Below, piece after piece: positions 62,584 through 64,000 of a stretch of 64,000 nt of DNA; position 1 is the first letter of the stretch; the number at the start of each line of letters is the position of its first letter. This DNA comes from Cyanophora paradoxa CCMP329 (Eukaryota; Plantae; Glaucophyta): positions 62,001-126,000 of the forward strand of contig QPMI01000603.1 in the NCBI GenBank assembly GCA_004431415.1, read 5' to 3'. Under the pieces are notes generated by a model. It was not told the origin of the DNA. It did not search any database and saw nothing but the letters and a program-made list of their open reading frames with translations. A program made the position numbers and the translations under genes.

Positions 62584-62879
62584 ATGAGTCGCAGCCCTGA
62601 GATCAGTTCAAATCTAGAGCACAGTTAACGTTGCGTGTACTTGCAAATTAGACATTGATCATGAATTCGAACATGATTCGAGTACTACGGTATATGTAGG
62701 CCTAGGTAGGTCCGCGCCCTTCTTTTCCCGGCCGGGGCCCTGGAATAAATATGCCCACAATGTGGAGATCGATCTAAATTCGAAAGCCACATTCAGTTCG
62801 ACACAAATTCTAATTACGTATATACATACAATGCATTCCAGCACTACGGCAGAATTTCCAGGGACGGTCTCGTTCATGA

Positions 62880-63915
62880 TCATCGATAGCCCCGCGCCCC
62901 GCGCTCCCCGTACCCCCCCTCCCCCTTCCCCCTCCTCTCTCCCCTTCCACTCCGGCGGCTCCGTCGATCCCTGGGCTTCGATGCATGCAGTAAATCTAGA
63001 CTGGCCCCAAGGACGCTCCTGCTGCCGCGCACGCTGGCCATGGGGGGATCGCTCGCGATCGCACATGCTCGTTTCTCGAGCGCTGGCAGCTCGAGCGCGA
63101 CCGGTATCGGGCGTCCCAATCTAAGCGGAGGCAGAGGCGTCGGGGGCCGCCGCGCCCTCTTCGGGGGCGGGGCCGGCGCCGGCGCCTGCGCCGGGCCCCG
63201 GGGATGCGGCGCCGGCGTCGGCGCCGGCTCCGGGGGCCGGGGGTAGAGGCCGCGGAGGAGGTCGTACGCCTCCTCGTCGACGCGGCGCACGTACGCCGCC
63301 GCCTGCTCCCGCTCGTAGCGCGCCCGCCCCTGCGCCCCCCCCCCGGCTCGAGCTCGAGCTCGCGCCCCAGCTCCACCGGGCGGGGCGCACCGCGGGCCAT
63401 GCGACGAGGCTCGCGATCTCCTCCTCGCTCGGGGCCGGCGCCGCCAGCGCCGCTGCCGGCCACGGGTCGGCGAGGGCGCACGGGGCGCGGGGCGGGGCGG
63501 GAGGGGCGCGGGGCGGGGCACCGGTGACGCCGGGGACGTGGGCGGCGCCGGCGACGAGGAGGGCGCGGCGGCGCGGGGCGGGGAGGCGCGGGTGGCGGCG
63601 GGCGCTCCACGCGAGCACCGCGTCCCGCTCCGCCGTCAGCACCCCGTAGAAGATCTCGTTCAGCAGGCCTGGCCCACGCCCCCGGCCTCGGCCCCCGCGG
63701 CGAACGAAGGGATGGGGGGGGGGGGGGGGGGGGCACAGCGAAGTAAGCGTACCCGGGAGGCGCTCGCCGGCGAGGGCGCGGGCGTAGAGGTCGTCGAGGC
63801 GCTCCTCGGAGGCGGCGAGGGCGATGGAGGCGGCGGGGTACGCGTAGGCGAGGGAGGGCAGCAGGGCGAAGAAGAGCACGGCGCCGGCCGCGTAGGCCAG
63901 GCTGAAGCGCGCCAC
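62880..63915 (-). CDS. 3' exons of a TraB/PrgY/GumN-family (TRABD-like) protein; 5' part beyond window, stop position uncertain
   Basis: IFYGVLTAERDAVLAWS...LLVAGAAHVPGV matches the TraB-family ERD..M/LA and VGAxH.PG motifs; hydrophobic segment upstream. Confidence 0.7.
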
Positions 63916-64000
63916 CGCCCACCTGCCGGGGCGCGCGCGTAAGAGAGAGGAGTGGACGAGCGGGGCGCGGGGCGCGGGGCGGGGTGCGGACCCGACGCCG

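Overview
Eukaryotic, GC-rich nuclear DNA with many short (mostly ~40-135 nt) spliceosomal introns. Donors read G[TC]nCG and include clear GC-AG introns; this style suggests an alga/protist such as a glaucophyte (inference only). Most ORFs in the supplied track are shadow frames or exon+intron read-throughs. The left half (1-36 kb) is a rearranged accessory region. It holds an intron-containing DIRS/PAT-type RT-RNase H retroelement with no visible tyrosine recombinase, a damaged PAS-histidine kinase, an AT-hook/TPR gene with a partial duplicate, and many non-autonomous DNA transposons (TA-flanked MITEs, 8-bp-TSD hAT-like elements, a long-TIR foldback). It also holds four copies or fragments of a small spliced gene family (4-Cys core plus a conserved acidic tail) that the ORF track does not show. 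The right half is one ~25-kb multi-exon gene for a giant type-I membrane protein (8 LamG-like repeats, Cys-rich repeats, RRLL, TM, cytosolic tail), followed by the 3' end of a TraB-family gene. The most striking signal comes from comparing the duplicated segments: a recurrent, exact 6-bp insertion XYZ -> XYZ-revcomp(XYZ)-XYZ (micro inverted triplication). It would explain the chains of overlapping palindromes seen throughout the window.
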